Positions 9,960 to 20,444 of a stretch of DNA of 64,000 nucleotides are shown here, piece after piece (the first letter of the stretch is position 1; each line of letters begins with the position of its first letter). A program made the translations under genes and the position numbers. The stretch covers positions 832,001-896,000 of the forward strand of contig CAWCKW010000012.1 in NCBI GenBank assembly GCA_963796285.1, written 5' to 3'. The DNA is from Nitrospirota bacterium. Lineage in GTDB: Bacteria; Nitrospirota; UBA9217. Under the pieces are notes generated by a model. That model made no database searches, was not told where the DNA came from, and worked only from the letters and a program-made list of their open reading frames with translations.

Positions 9960-10864
9960 TGCCCCATACCCAACGTTCTTTTAATTTTCCTGAACAGCAG
10001 CTTAAAATAAAATATATTCATCTTGAGCGAAGGAGTATAGTTGTTCACGATCCTCCATCGCTCCATCATTCGCGCAATGATGTTTTGTTCTGAAACGCCG
10101 TCAATAGAATGTATCGCTATTATTTTATCTGTGTCAAAGAACGTATATTTGTTCACGTAACAGTAGTAGATAAAATCAAAATCGCTCGAAATTTTATATC
10201 GAATATTAAACGGATGCTTTTTGAGAATGTCGGTCCTGACAAAAAGGCTTTGATGAGAACAAATCATAGACATCCACAGGTATTCGATGTTGTATGTCTT
10301 AATTAAGGTCAGGTTTTCATTCTCTTTATAATACGTATGTCCGTATACAAGATCAGCCGACGGAGGGATAGCTTCGATCACCTCTGCTAAGGTTGTCGAG
10401 CGGTAAAATGCATCTCCTGCATTCATGAAGTTGACCCATTCGCCGGTCGCAACGCTGACACCCTTATTCATCGCATCATAGATACCCTTATCGCCCTCGC
10501 TTATCCAATAGTCGATCTTATCTTCATATTGTTTAATGATGTCAAGTGTCCCATCGCTGGATCCTCCGTCGATTATGATATATTCCAGATTAGGGTACGA
10601 CTGTGCCGTAACATTCTTAATGATGTTCTCTACATTATTCGCGTCGTTAAACACGACCGTTACAATGGTTACAACCGGCCTGCCGGATTCATATTTCCTT
10701 TTGGTTCCCTTTACCCTTAACCCACCTTTTAGCTTTACCCGTGCATCATTCATATCAATCTTTTTCCCCTCCGCGGAGATCACATGCATGTATACCAGGC
10801 AACAAGCTATTTCTTCCTTTGGAGATGCGCACTGAGCCATATCAGCGGTGTCGTAAGCTTCCAT
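9956..10864 (-). CDS. Glycosyltransferase family 2 (WcaE-like); true start probably further downstream
   Basis: TIVTVVFND, IIIDGGSSDGT, GIYDAMNKG, FMNAGD, HQS. Confidence 0.9.
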   Translation of the reverse strand: MEAYDTADMAQCASPKEEIACCLVYMHVISAEGKKIDMNDARVKLKGGLRVKGTKRKYESGRPVVTIVTVVFNDANNVENIIKNVTAQSYPNLEYIIIDGGSSDGTLDIIKQYEDKIDYWISEGDKGIYDAMNKGVSVATGEWVNFMNAGDAFYRSTTLAEVIEAIPPSADLVYGHTYYKENENLTLIKTYNIEYLWMSMICSHQSLFVRTDILKKHPFNIRYKISSDFDFIYYCYVNKYTFFDTDKIIAIHSIDGVSEQNIIARMMERWRIVNNYTPSLKMNIFYFKLLFRKIKRTLGMGH

Positions 10865-11883
10865 GACAGAGACGAATTCATCTGAAAGAGTTGCTGCTGC
10901 GTTTGCCGGAGTTCAGCTCGTGTTGCTATCAATTGAGCATGGAGCATATTAATGACCTTAAGTCGTTCCGAGCGATCCGCCTCGCTTTCTTTCAACTGCG
11001 CTTCGAGTTGGGCAACAAGTCCATTCTTTGGTCCTCGGTCGGTCTTATACTCTTTTAATTGGGCATCCAGCCTCTGGATCGCTTCAATTCGTACTGCGTG
11101 GCCAGAACTACTTTCTTGTAACGGTTTCAGTGCTTCCATAAAAAGAGAGTCAGGTTTGCGGATGGAACCATTGGGTTCAATATCGAGCGGGTCGTCATTA
11201 AAGCCTTGAATCGCAGATTCATCGGCCCTGCACTGCTTCGCCTGGTCAAATCCCGCACTCGTTAAGAGCATTTTTAATGAATACCGGTCATACATCCACT
11301 GGTGGCCTCTCCGGATAATCTGAATTTTCCTATTGTTTCGTAGTCTTCTTCATAATAGGGAGATCTTTCACGTGACCCTTTGCCCCTGGTGAATTACGAA
11401 ACTGATTTATCATGGTTAATGCTTCTGAACCGACCCTCGCGATAACAAAGTCTTCTGCGGGCATCGGGTTTTGCATCCAGTATTTAAGCATCTCTCCGCC
11501 GGTCTGATTGCGGGCTATCTGGTCGAGCAGCTCAAGCATGATCCAGTCGTATCGTTCCTGAGCAACTTTATCGTTCTGCAACGCGCGATCAAGAAGTTCA
11601 AGATAGATCCGTGCTATCTGTTCCGGATCGGAGATGATCAGCCAGATAACCTCCCGGCTTCAGGACCCTGAAACATTCATGGAAAAACATCGGCACATAA
11701 ATCTGGCAGATGCTCCTGAACATGCGAATGATAGACGACATCAAAGAAGTCGTCCTCAAAGGGCAATATTTCCTTAAGATAATTCGCCAGTACCTTCGGA
11801 TTGCTCGAGTGGAGGTCGACATTGATCCAGTCGGGATGATATCTGTCGCCACATCCGAGATTTAATAATTTCATAGAGCTCAT
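10807..11883 (-). pseudogene. Methyltransferase with C-terminal coiled coil (chain-terminator-like), split by several frameshifts
   Basis: Fragments in different frames join up: LLNLGCG...VVYHSHVQEHL / ECFRVLKPGG / YDWIMLELLDQ / HQWMYDRYSL...coiled coil...SLSWKLTTPL. Confidence 0.7.
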
Positions 11884-12809
11884 GTCTTATTTTTTTCTTT
11901 TTTTTCGAACCAGATCCCTGTTGCGTCGATCGGATGAATGTCGTATGCCAGCTTGTGTTGTTTTTCAAACTCGTGGAGAGCCTTTTTACATCCCTCCCAA
12001 TGACCATAGTCATCAACCTGAATCAAACCTCCATCAACAATCATGTCATAAAGATGATGCAGGATCGACTGTGTGGATTCGTACCAGTCTCCGTCAATAT
12101 GTAAAAATGATATTTTATTTATGTCTTTTACTATCTGCGGTAAGATGTTGCGTGAAAATATCCTTTTACCGGTTTTACAATATTGACAACACCCAGTGTT
12201 ACTGCATATTTCAAGCAAACTGTGCTCGGGTGCTGCACATGTGCCGCTCCCCCATCCCGTATCATTAGCCGTTTAACCGAAGCTCCAGTCTTCGGCAGTA
12301 GGTTCGGGCATTCCTTCAATGAATCACACGAAAACAGCATTTTTTCTAGACACGAGAATATTTTTTATCACATTCAGAAAAAACGCTGAGGAACCACCCC
12401 GCGCAACCCCGCATTCTACAAAATTCCCTTCTACGTTATTTTTGCAGACCTCTTTAGTCAGCGTAAATAGCGAGAATAATCGTTCTTGGGAAAGCATGGT
12501 ATATGGCCAGATTATATCCAGCAGGGAGTTAAATTCCTGATCATCAAATCTTTTAGTTTCTTTTATTTCAATTTCTTTTAACAAAGACAAGGCTTCATCG
12601 TTATCGGGGAAATAAGACAGCTCCTCCAATAATGCCTGCTTTGCATCCAATGATAGCTTCATGCCGATAAAGCATCGGGCGCGCAACATATCAAGATTTC
12701 GCTGCGGCGTTTTCAACGATTTCGCCTGATTCAGCAATAAAAAGGCATCATCGAATGAATTACTTTTCATTTTCTTTACAGCATCTTCAATAATGAGATC
12801 TATTTTCAT
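11880..12809 (-). pseudogene. TPR-fused TylF/MycF family O-methyltransferase, frameshifted
   Basis: N-terminal helical TPR-like part, GNFVECGVARGGSS, FSCDS, FLHIDGDWYEST, GGLIQVDDYGHWEGCKKA spread across three frames. Confidence 0.75.
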
Positions 12810-12921
12810 ATTAGCCCATTTTCGAAATAATTATTATGCACTGACATGCTGCAAAAATGTTGTAATTTGACAGATTAAGATTGCTGGTATTTGCATCAAT
12901 ACGTCATGGTATAGCAAACTA

Positions 12922-14292
12922 TTAATCCGTAATGAGTTCACAGGCCAAGTTGCCCTTAAGGTCCACCATGCCATAAAAGGGTAGCTTAAGGCCATGTTCT
13001 TGTTCTCTGATCATAATTTTCCCGGTCCGGCTGACCCTTAAGACGGGATTGATTTTTGAATAAAGCACGTCTGACCCCATATCCTGTGCATGGTCATAGT
13101 CGGTTTTATTTATCGTTGCGAGCCCGACTATAAACGTGTATTCTCCAACAAATAGTTGCAGCTTTATGGTCTGCCTGAATCTGATACGATTACCCTTCTC
13201 CAATATCGCTGGAGCATCAAGAAGATAATGTAACGAGCTTTTTGAGTACAACACGATATTCATGTTGTTGGTTATTTCTATGCCACCGAGAGGTACATCT
13301 GTATTTTGAAGCGATTCGAATTCATAATAAAAATATGCAGTTTCTCCTATTTGGAAACTCGTGCAGGGTTTTCCTTCTTCATTGCAAATAGCAATGCCAT
13401 TACATTTCATAACATTCGTCTGGCCGATTATAACGGCATCGGATAGATCATAAAAAGATGAAGCCGGGGGCCAGTTCTTAATAAGTCCATAGCCGCCACC
13501 TGTAATATTATGGTTCTCTTCACGCTTTTCTGCATATCCTAGAGCGGCAGGAACCGGATTGCTGTGCAACAGCGCGTAATATCGATGAACGGCCTCATTC
13601 GGGTGCCCTATGAACATGCATTGACCCTGATCAAGCAGCAAAACCTTATCGCTGTATTTTTCAATTGAACGTATATCATGAGAAACAACAATGATCGTGG
13701 TGCCGTTCTGAACCAGCTTTTCCATCCGCGCATGGCATTTTTGCTGAAAGAAAATATCACCAACGCTCAGGGCTTCGTCGACGATCAGAATATCGGGATC
13801 AACGCTAATGGCGTTGGCAAAAGCGAGCCGGACGAACATTCCGCTGGAGTACATTTTGACAGGCTGACGAACGAACTCACCGATGTCAGCGAAGGCGAGG
13901 ATGTCATCAATCTTTGCGTCCATTTCCATTCTGGTATAACCCATGATCGTTCCGCTGAAATAGATATTTTCTATGCCTGTCAGCTCAGGGTTAAATCCAG
14001 CTCCGAGTTCGAGGAGGGCCGAGACGTTACCGTTTACCACTATATCTCCGGATGTGGGGGTCAAAACGCCTGTAAGTATTTTTAGCAATGTGGATTTGCC
14101 TGATCCATTTTTCCCGATGATACCAATGGATTCACCTTTTTGCACATCGAAGTTTATATTGTTCAGCGCATAGAAATCCCGGTGATATTTTTTTCTGAGG
14201 GGATGAAGCGATTCCTTCAACCGGTCAGTGGTATTGTTGTACAGCTTATAAACTTTTGACAGATTGTTGACTGTAATAATATTATCGGCCAT
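12922..14292 (-). CDS. wzt: Polysaccharide ABC transporter ATP-binding subunit with C-terminal Wzt_C-like domain
   Basis: Walker A GKNGSGKST, YSSGMFVRLAF signature, DEALSVGD, about 200 aa C-terminal beta-rich extension. Confidence 0.93.
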   Translation of the reverse strand: MADNIITVNNLSKVYKLYNNTTDRLKESLHPLRKKYHRDFYALNNINFDVQKGESIGIIGKNGSGKSTLLKILTGVLTPTSGDIVVNGNVSALLELGAGFNPELTGIENIYFSGTIMGYTRMEMDAKIDDILAFADIGEFVRQPVKMYSSGMFVRLAFANAISVDPDILIVDEALSVGDIFFQQKCHARMEKLVQNGTTIIVVSHDIRSIEKYSDKVLLLDQGQCMFIGHPNEAVHRYYALLHSNPVPAALGYAEKREENHNITGGGYGLIKNWPPASSFYDLSDAVIIGQTNVMKCNGIAICNEEGKPCTSFQIGETAYFYYEFESLQNTDVPLGGIEITNNMNIVLYSKSSLHYLLDAPAILEKGNRIRFRQTIKLQLFVGEYTFIVGLATINKTDYDHAQDMGSDVLYSKINPVLRVSRTGKIMIREQEHGLKLPFYGMVDLKGNLACELITD

Positions 14293-14295
14293 GGT

Positions 14296-15120
14296 TTATA
14301 ACACATCCGAAAAATGCGGTCTTAATCTTTTGAAAACAAAGGCGCCCACGATAAAAATAGTGAATGTTACGGCCCAAAAATATGCCGTTAATGCAGCGTG
14401 TTCCCAGAACCAGACTCGATTGATGAAACTGTCGCGGTAGCCTTCAATGATGTAATATAGCGGGTTCAACTTTATGAATATCTGATATTTTCCCTGCAGT
14501 GTTTTCGATGACCAGAAGATCGGCGTAAGCCAAAATCCGAATTGGAGCATCATCCCTACGATCTGCCCTGTGTCTCTCAGGAAAAGGGTCAAGGAAGATG
14601 TTATCCATGACAACCCTGCAATTAAAATGATCATTGCGAATAGGTAGTAAATAACTTGTACGTAATACCATTGCGGCGTAAAACCATATCCGAGGAACAT
14701 GATGCATAAAACTCCCACAAAAAAGAAATGGATAAATAACGCTGAAAGTATTTTTATGATCGGCAGTATGCTCACCCTGAAAACCACTTTTTGGACAAGA
14801 TAGCTCTTTTCTAGAATGGAGTTGGCTGCGCTCGACACGCTGTCGCCAAAAAAAAACCATGGGATCATGCCCGCTATGAGCCACAGAACAAAAGGGACTT
14901 CAGCAGTAGCAATCGATTTTGTTTTAAAGCCCACCTGGAACACGAACCAGAATATCGCTATGGTGATCGACGGGTTCACGAACGCCCAGATCAGGCCTAA
15001 ATAGGATCCGAGATATTTCGACTTGAAATCCTGCTTGGTCAGTTCATAGATAACGGCTCTGCTCTGAAAAAGATCAGCTAAAAACCGAAAAAAACCAGGT
15101 ATCTGTTTTACGATAAACAT
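14296..15120 (-). CDS. wzm: Polysaccharide ABC transporter permease
   Basis: KYLGSYLGLIWAFVNP, WLTPIFW, LNPLYYIIEGYR, FKRLRPHFSDVL; adjacent to wzt. Confidence 0.93.
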   Translation of the reverse strand: MFIVKQIPGFFRFLADLFQSRAVIYELTKQDFKSKYLGSYLGLIWAFVNPSITIAIFWFVFQVGFKTKSIATAEVPFVLWLIAGMIPWFFFGDSVSSAANSILEKSYLVQKVVFRVSILPIIKILSALFIHFFFVGVLCIMFLGYGFTPQWYYVQVIYYLFAMIILIAGLSWITSSLTLFLRDTGQIVGMMLQFGFWLTPIFWSSKTLQGKYQIFIKLNPLYYIIEGYRDSFINRVWFWEHAALTAYFWAVTFTIFIVGAFVFKRLRPHFSDVL

Positions 15121-15162
15121 AATTATTACTAAATGGGTGGCCTCTCCGGGAATGACCTTGTC

Positions 15163-16116
15163 TTACGGGTGAGAAAGGCGCTCTTTCTCTGCGGCGTTTT
15201 GCAAATACCATTGATACACATTCTTGATACCTTGCTCGAGCTCCAGTTTGTGTCTCCATCCAAGAGCATGGATCTTTGATACATCGATCAGCTTGCGCGG
15301 CGTGCCGTCCGGTTTACTAGCATCAAAGACAATATTACCTGAGAATCCCACTATCATTTTAACGAGCAAAGCCAGTTCTTTTATGGTCAACTCGCTGCCA
15401 GTCCCGATATTAACAATCTCATCGCCTTCATAATGCTGCATAAGAAAATAACAGGCATCAGCCACATCGTCCACATGAATAAACTCACGATAGGGGGCGC
15501 CCGTACCCCAGATGATTACGCTCTTTTCGCTATTGATCTTCGCCTCGTGGAACTTTCTGATAAGTGCAGGCAGCACATGCGAGGTCGTGAGGTCGAAGTT
15601 ATCATTGGGTCCATAGAGATTTGTCGGCATCGCTGAAATATTATGCGTTCCATACTGCCGGTTATATGATTGGCACATCTTTATTCCTGCGATTTTTGCT
15701 ACTGCATACGGCTCGTTGGTAGGCTCCAGCGGTCCGCTGAGGAGGCATTCCTCTTTCATAGGCTGTGGCGCCAGCTTCGGATAGATGCAGGAGCTGCCCA
15801 GAAAAAGAAGCTTTTTTACACCGGTCACATAAGCGCTGTGGATGATATTTGTCTGTATCATCAAGTTGTTATAGATGAATTCCGCCGGATACTTATTATT
15901 GGCTACGATGCCCCCCACCTTGGCAGCGGCAAGAAATACATATTCAGGCTTTTCTATTTTAAATAAATCGGCGACAGCAGTCTGGCTTAGAAGGTCAAGC
16001 TCGGAACTTGTACGCACCAGAAGATTTACATGGCCTTCAGTCTTCAGTTTCTGGACGATAGCCGATCCGACAAGTCCTCGATGGCCCGCTATATAGATTT
16101 TAGAATGCCGCTTCAT
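15163..16116 (-). CDS. fcl: GDP-L-fucose synthase
   Basis: [45 protein letters not shown]; start taken at MKRHSK. Confidence 0.95.
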   Translation of the reverse strand: MKRHSKIYIAGHRGLVGSAIVQKLKTEGHVNLLVRTSSELDLLSQTAVADLFKIEKPEYVFLAAAKVGGIVANNKYPAEFIYNNLMIQTNIIHSAYVTGVKKLLFLGSSCIYPKLAPQPMKEECLLSGPLEPTNEPYAVAKIAGIKMCQSYNRQYGTHNISAMPTNLYGPNDNFDLTTSHVLPALIRKFHEAKINSEKSVIIWGTGAPYREFIHVDDVADACYFLMQHYEGDEIVNIGTGSELTIKELALLVKMIVGFSGNIVFDASKPDGTPRKLIDVSKIHALGWRHKLELEQGIKNVYQWYLQNAAEKERLSHP

Positions 16117-16161
16117 AATGTACAAGCATACCGGCAACCACGGCGCATAATGAAATGGTGA

Positions 16162-16899
16162 TCAGGTGCTGAGCCCACTTTTGTTACCGGGTTGATAGTT
16201 CCTTTCTCCCGACCAGGTTATCCCTCGTTTCACGATGCACGCTGGATTTCCCGCGAGGATCACGCCTTTTTCGTCAGCGCTTTTTGTCACGACCGATCCT
16301 GCGGCAACAATCGAATCGTCCAAAATGGAAACTCCTTTAAGAATGATGCTGTGACCCCCAACCCAAACGTGGTCGCCGAAGGTAATGTTTTTTGCAACAT
16401 TAACTTTCTCTCCGCTTTTCGCATCAATTACTGAATGGGAATCGCCTGTTCGAATATCAAGGTTGTAAGCAAACAGGCAGTCGTTGCCGATTTCTATTTT
16501 TAAACCGGGTTCAATAACCGTAAGATTACTATAACCGGCGAATATTGTCCTTTCTCCGATTATGAGCTGTCCCCCTTCGTCTTCAAACCATACATTCAAT
16601 CCCGGGCCGAGGATACACCCCTCCCCGATGGATATGATGTGGTTGTTGCCTTTAATGTTGAAGGTTACACCGTTCAAAGAACAGTTCTGTTTTATATCGA
16701 TGCGGTTCCCATTACCTGTAATACTAAAGGTCACGTTTGTCAGCAAGGCACCGCGATACTCAATCTCATTATTGTTGCCAATAATGATTTTAGTAACCGT
16801 ATCCGTTCCTTTTCGGAGACGGAAACGATGAACGATGCCGCACAGGACAGACCATTTCCTGAGCCCGACAGCATAGATCCTTCTAATGATTGATCTCAT
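16162..16899 (-). CDS. Hexapeptide-repeat (LbH) acyltransferase
   Basis: Repeated IxIG motifs, IRTGDSHS, HVWVG, AAGSVVTK, AGNPA. Confidence 0.85.
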   Translation of the reverse strand: MRSIIRRIYAVGLRKWSVLCGIVHRFRLRKGTDTVTKIIIGNNNEIEYRGALLTNVTFSITGNGNRIDIKQNCSLNGVTFNIKGNNHIISIGEGCILGPGLNVWFEDEGGQLIIGERTIFAGYSNLTVIEPGLKIEIGNDCLFAYNLDIRTGDSHSVIDAKSGEKVNVAKNITFGDHVWVGGHSIILKGVSILDDSIVAAGSVVTKSADEKGVILAGNPACIVKRGITWSGERNYQPGNKSGLST

Positions 16900-16972
16900 T
16901 TATGGTATTGGTATCTTTACAATGTTTCTCGACAAGATTTGTTAAATCAGGAGAAGGCTTCATCAGCATACC

Positions 16973-18025
16973 TCACCGTCCATTCGCCCTCAATTCCTTT
17001 TCAGCGGCAGCATAATCGGCATCCGTCATCATCTTAACGAGAGCTTCAAAGTCCACTTTCGGCTGCCAGCAAAGCTTGTCCCTCGCCTTAGAAGAATCTC
17101 CGAGCAGGAAATCGACTTCAGTGGGTCGATAATATTTTTTATCGATTTCTATGCACATATTTCCACTCTTTGCATCGATGCCTTTCTCATGCACGCCCTT
17201 TCCCTTCCATTCGAGCGGCATGCCGAGGTGAGCGAAAACCTTTTCCGCGAATTCTCTCACGGAATGGGTCTCACCCGTTGCAATGACGTAATCTTCCGGC
17301 GCTGATTGCTGGAGCATGAGCCACATGGCCTCCACATAATCACCGGCATATCCCCAATCGCGCTTTGCATCCAGATTGCCGAGATAGAGGCAGGATTGCA
17401 GTCCCAGTTTGATGCGGGCCGCGGCACGTGTGATCTTTCTCGTCACGAAGGTCTCGCCCCTGCGCGGCGATTCATGGTTGAAAAGGATCCCATTGCACGC
17501 ATAGAGATCATAGCTTTCTCGATAGTTCACAGTAATATAATACGCGTATGCCTTTGCGCATCCATAGGGAGAACGCGGATAAAACGGAGTGGTTTCCTTC
17601 TGAGGGGTCTCTGCGACCTTGCCGAACAGCTCAGATGAGGATGCCTGGTAATACTTCGTGTTCAGCTCTGTTTCCCTGATGCCTTCAAGAAGCCTTACCG
17701 CGCCGAGCGCATCAACCTCGCCCGTGTACTCTGGAATATCGAACGAAACCCTCACATGGCTCTGAGCGCCCAGGTTGTAGATTTCGTCAGGCCGAACATC
17801 GCGCAGCACCTTGTTGATCGAACTTGCATCGTTCAGGTCGCCATAATGAAGAAACATGCGGACGCCGGACTCGTGAGGGTCCCGGTAAATATGATCAATT
17901 CTCTCCGTGTTGAAAGAGGAGGAACGCCTGATCATCCCGTGGACTTCGTATCCTTTCGAGAGTAAGAGTTCGGCCAGGTATGATCCGTCCTGACCGGTGA
18001 TCCCGGTAATCAATGCTTTTTTCAT
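16973..18025 (-). CDS. gmd: GDP-mannose 4,6-dehydratase
   Basis: [57 protein letters not shown]; RBS GGAG before ATG 18025. Confidence 0.96.
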   Translation of the reverse strand: MKKALITGITGQDGSYLAELLLSKGYEVHGMIRRSSSFNTERIDHIYRDPHESGVRMFLHYGDLNDASSINKVLRDVRPDEIYNLGAQSHVRVSFDIPEYTGEVDALGAVRLLEGIRETELNTKYYQASSSELFGKVAETPQKETTPFYPRSPYGCAKAYAYYITVNYRESYDLYACNGILFNHESPRRGETFVTRKITRAAARIKLGLQSCLYLGNLDAKRDWGYAGDYVEAMWLMLQQSAPEDYVIATGETHSVREFAEKVFAHLGMPLEWKGKGVHEKGIDAKSGNMCIEIDKKYYRPTEVDFLLGDSSKARDKLCWQPKVDFEALVKMMTDADYAAAEKELRANGR

Positions 18026-18095
18026 TCGTTCTCCATATACCAATAAATTTGATCTCCGTTGTTCTGACCGTTCTTTGTTGCAGCAACACGGGCAA

Positions 18096-19103
18096 TTATG
18101 AGAGCATCGATTGTTTTTCGCCCTTTTTCTGCAACAGTTGCAGATCGTTTTCGACCATTTCATTTATGATATCGTTAAGGCCTTTGGTCCGCTTCCATTG
18201 CAGTTTCGACTGCGCCTTCGATGAATCGCCGCAGAGAGGAACCGTTTCAGATTCTCTGTACAGGCGCTTGTCTATAGTAACGAAATCACGATAATCAAGC
18301 GCGACGCGTTCAAAGGCATATTGGGCAAACTCCCTGACCGAATGCGTTACTCCCGTGGCGATAACGTAATCATCGGGAGAAGGTTGCTGAAGCATCAGCC
18401 ACATGGCGTGTACGTATTCCGGAGCATATCCCCAGTCACGAAGCGCATCCAGGTTCCCGAGGGACAGCTTGTTTTGAAGCCCAAGCTTGATTTGGGCGAC
18501 CGTGGACGTAATTTTTCGGGTAACGAATTCAAATCCGCGGCGTGGAGACTCATGGTTATAGAGAATGCCCGTACAGGCAAACATACCATACCGTTCCCGA
18601 TAATTACTGACAAGATGATGACTGGATAGCTTTGCTATCCCATAGATCGAACGTGGCTTGAACGGTGTAGATTCGTTCTGAGGAGTAACCGACGCGTGCC
18701 CGAACATTTCGCTCGATCCTGCAAAATAGAAACGGCAGGACGGGACCACTTCCTTTATCGAGGCAAGCAAAAAGTGGGTGCCGGTAAAGTTATTGACAAT
18801 AATGGAAAATTCATCATCGAATGAATAACTGACGAAACTGGATGCGGCCAGATGATAGCATTCATTGGGCTGGACTTCACGGATGACTTTATAGAGAGAC
18901 AGATGGTTATCAAGTGAAGCCGCGTGCAGCTTTATTCTGTCATTGATGCCCATGAGGTTATGTAACATGTGAGTCTTATCTTCTTCAGCTATTTTCCTCA
19001 CGATACCATGGACATCGTAGTTTTTTGACAGCAGCAGTTCCGCGAGATACGAGCCGTCTTGTCCCGCGATGCCCGTTATAAGAGCTTTTTTCCTGTTGTT
19101 CAT
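18096..19103 (-). CDS. gmd: Second, divergent GDP-mannose 4,6-dehydratase paralog
   Basis: [45 protein letters not shown]. Confidence 0.85.
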   Translation of the reverse strand: MNNRKKALITGIAGQDGSYLAELLLSKNYDVHGIVRKIAEEDKTHMLHNLMGINDRIKLHAASLDNHLSLYKVIREVQPNECYHLAASSFVSYSFDDEFSIIVNNFTGTHFLLASIKEVVPSCRFYFAGSSEMFGHASVTPQNESTPFKPRSIYGIAKLSSHHLVSNYRERYGMFACTGILYNHESPRRGFEFVTRKITSTVAQIKLGLQNKLSLGNLDALRDWGYAPEYVHAMWLMLQQPSPDDYVIATGVTHSVREFAQYAFERVALDYRDFVTIDKRLYRESETVPLCGDSSKAQSKLQWKRTKGLNDIINEMVENDLQLLQKKGEKQSMLS

Positions 19104-19511
19104 TCCGGATATTTTTATAAGACAGCCATCAGTATTGTTGTTAGGAAATCAGAGGATTACGTGCGACTAACAGCAAAGGACCCTGTCGTTAACGTAGAGA
19201 CGAGGCCATTTCGACCGGCGCAACCGGCTACAGAAACCAGCAAGAAGGTATTGCAGACCTGCGTAAATGTTGAAAGATTTTCCCCGCTTTCATATACAAC
19301 TGAACCCATGCTTCATAAGATTAGCATGGAATCCTGGCTAAACCCGCAAGATATATGCATACAAAAGCTGCATTTTGTAATGCTGTTCCACAGGTAATTT
19401 GGCCAGATAAATCGCTTCCTTGGTGTCTTTGTGTCTTTTCAGAATAATACTACACTTCTTTCTTCAAGCAAAGCTGGAGTTTCTCTACCGCAAATGATTC
19501 TTTAGCTCTAT

Positions 19512-19540
19512 ACAATACAACATTTTATCAATATTGTAAA
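19512..19540 (-). promoter_or_regulatory. Candidate sigma70 promoter for the gmd...GT operon
   Basis: Minus strand TTTACA-N17-TATTGT; the same TTTACA -35 with 17-nt spacer occurs upstream of bamA and rpsO. Confidence 0.45.
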
Positions 19541-20241
19541 TAAAATTAATTACTTTTGGACAGAAACTGCTTTTCTGCGAAGCGACAACCTTCTGTTCGC
19601 ATGAAACTTTCCAGCTGTAGCGATCTTTGTTGGTGGTTGCTGGCCGCTGTCCAGGTTTTTCTGTAATCCCGCCCTGATGTCGTCCAAAACCACTGTTTTA
19701 TTCGATGCTCTCGCTTTTAACAGATCAACAAGGACGGATGCTGAGACAGAGCATGGCACTTTACGCGGTTTATTTATTCAACTTCGAATGGCGACATTTT
19801 TGCAGCTGATGGATTTTGTACAAATAGCTGATGCTAATCCGAGTGCAGATCAAAACAATGTTTGGTAGAGTTTTCTATCGAAGGATTTTGCATTCTTGCT
19901 TAAATAGATCAATTACACAAAAAGCAAAAGGAATATTATTTCAAGAGGGAAAGACTCCTTCGTAATAAGTTTCTGTGGAGTTGGCTCTTCAGCAACGATG
20001 AGATGATAGACGCGATGATTGTTCCCAGAGATTGAGGCTAAATAAAATAAAAAAGTCAGTGTCTATCAGAGCATCGATGTTCGTATTCGTTACCAGCACT
20101 CCGTTTTATGCAACGAGTTTCATCGGCGATCTGCCCGAACCATAGTCAAAGAAACTGCACAAACGGGATGGCAACCGAGGCATCCGTCAGGACGCCGAAA
20201 CAATCGATTTCTGCGCTCTTCATTCAAATCAATCTAAATCC

Positions 20242-20282
20242 GGACATTTCTATTTTGATAATAATAGGACATTTCTATTTTG
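20242..20282. repeat. Perfect 16-bp direct repeat GGACATTTCTATTTTG x2 (25-bp period)
   Basis: Copies at 20242-20257 and 20267-20282. Confidence 0.9.
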
Positions 20283-20306
20283 GCTTGACGCGTGCATACT
20301 TCCTCC

Positions 20307-20335
20307 TTGCATTTTACCGTGTATTATAATATCAT
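20307..20335 (+). promoter_or_regulatory. Candidate sigma70 promoter for wbaP
   Basis: TTGCAT-N17-TATCAT with an overlapping TATAAT at 20325-20330. Confidence 0.5.
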
Positions 20336-20444
20336 CTGATAATCTCGCAAGAGAACAACGGTAAGGGACGATCACCTGAATGCCATTCTCGCGAGTATCC
20401 TACTGAATTGCTAAATCACGCCAGCCAAACCAGGGAGACTCTTC

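Noticed and set aside
18026-18163. Cys-rich N-terminal extension of gmd
   Set aside because: Overlaps the upstream gene; the RBS and homology place the start at 18025
20155-20200. Hairpin ACGGGATG...CATCCGT followed by GGACGC as a c-di-GMP riboswitch
   Set aside because: Lacks the GGCAAA / GNRA / GCAAAG core pattern
19059-20329. Short ORFs in the 1.3-kb divergent intergenic region
   Set aside because: No convincing RBS, motif or coding-like composition
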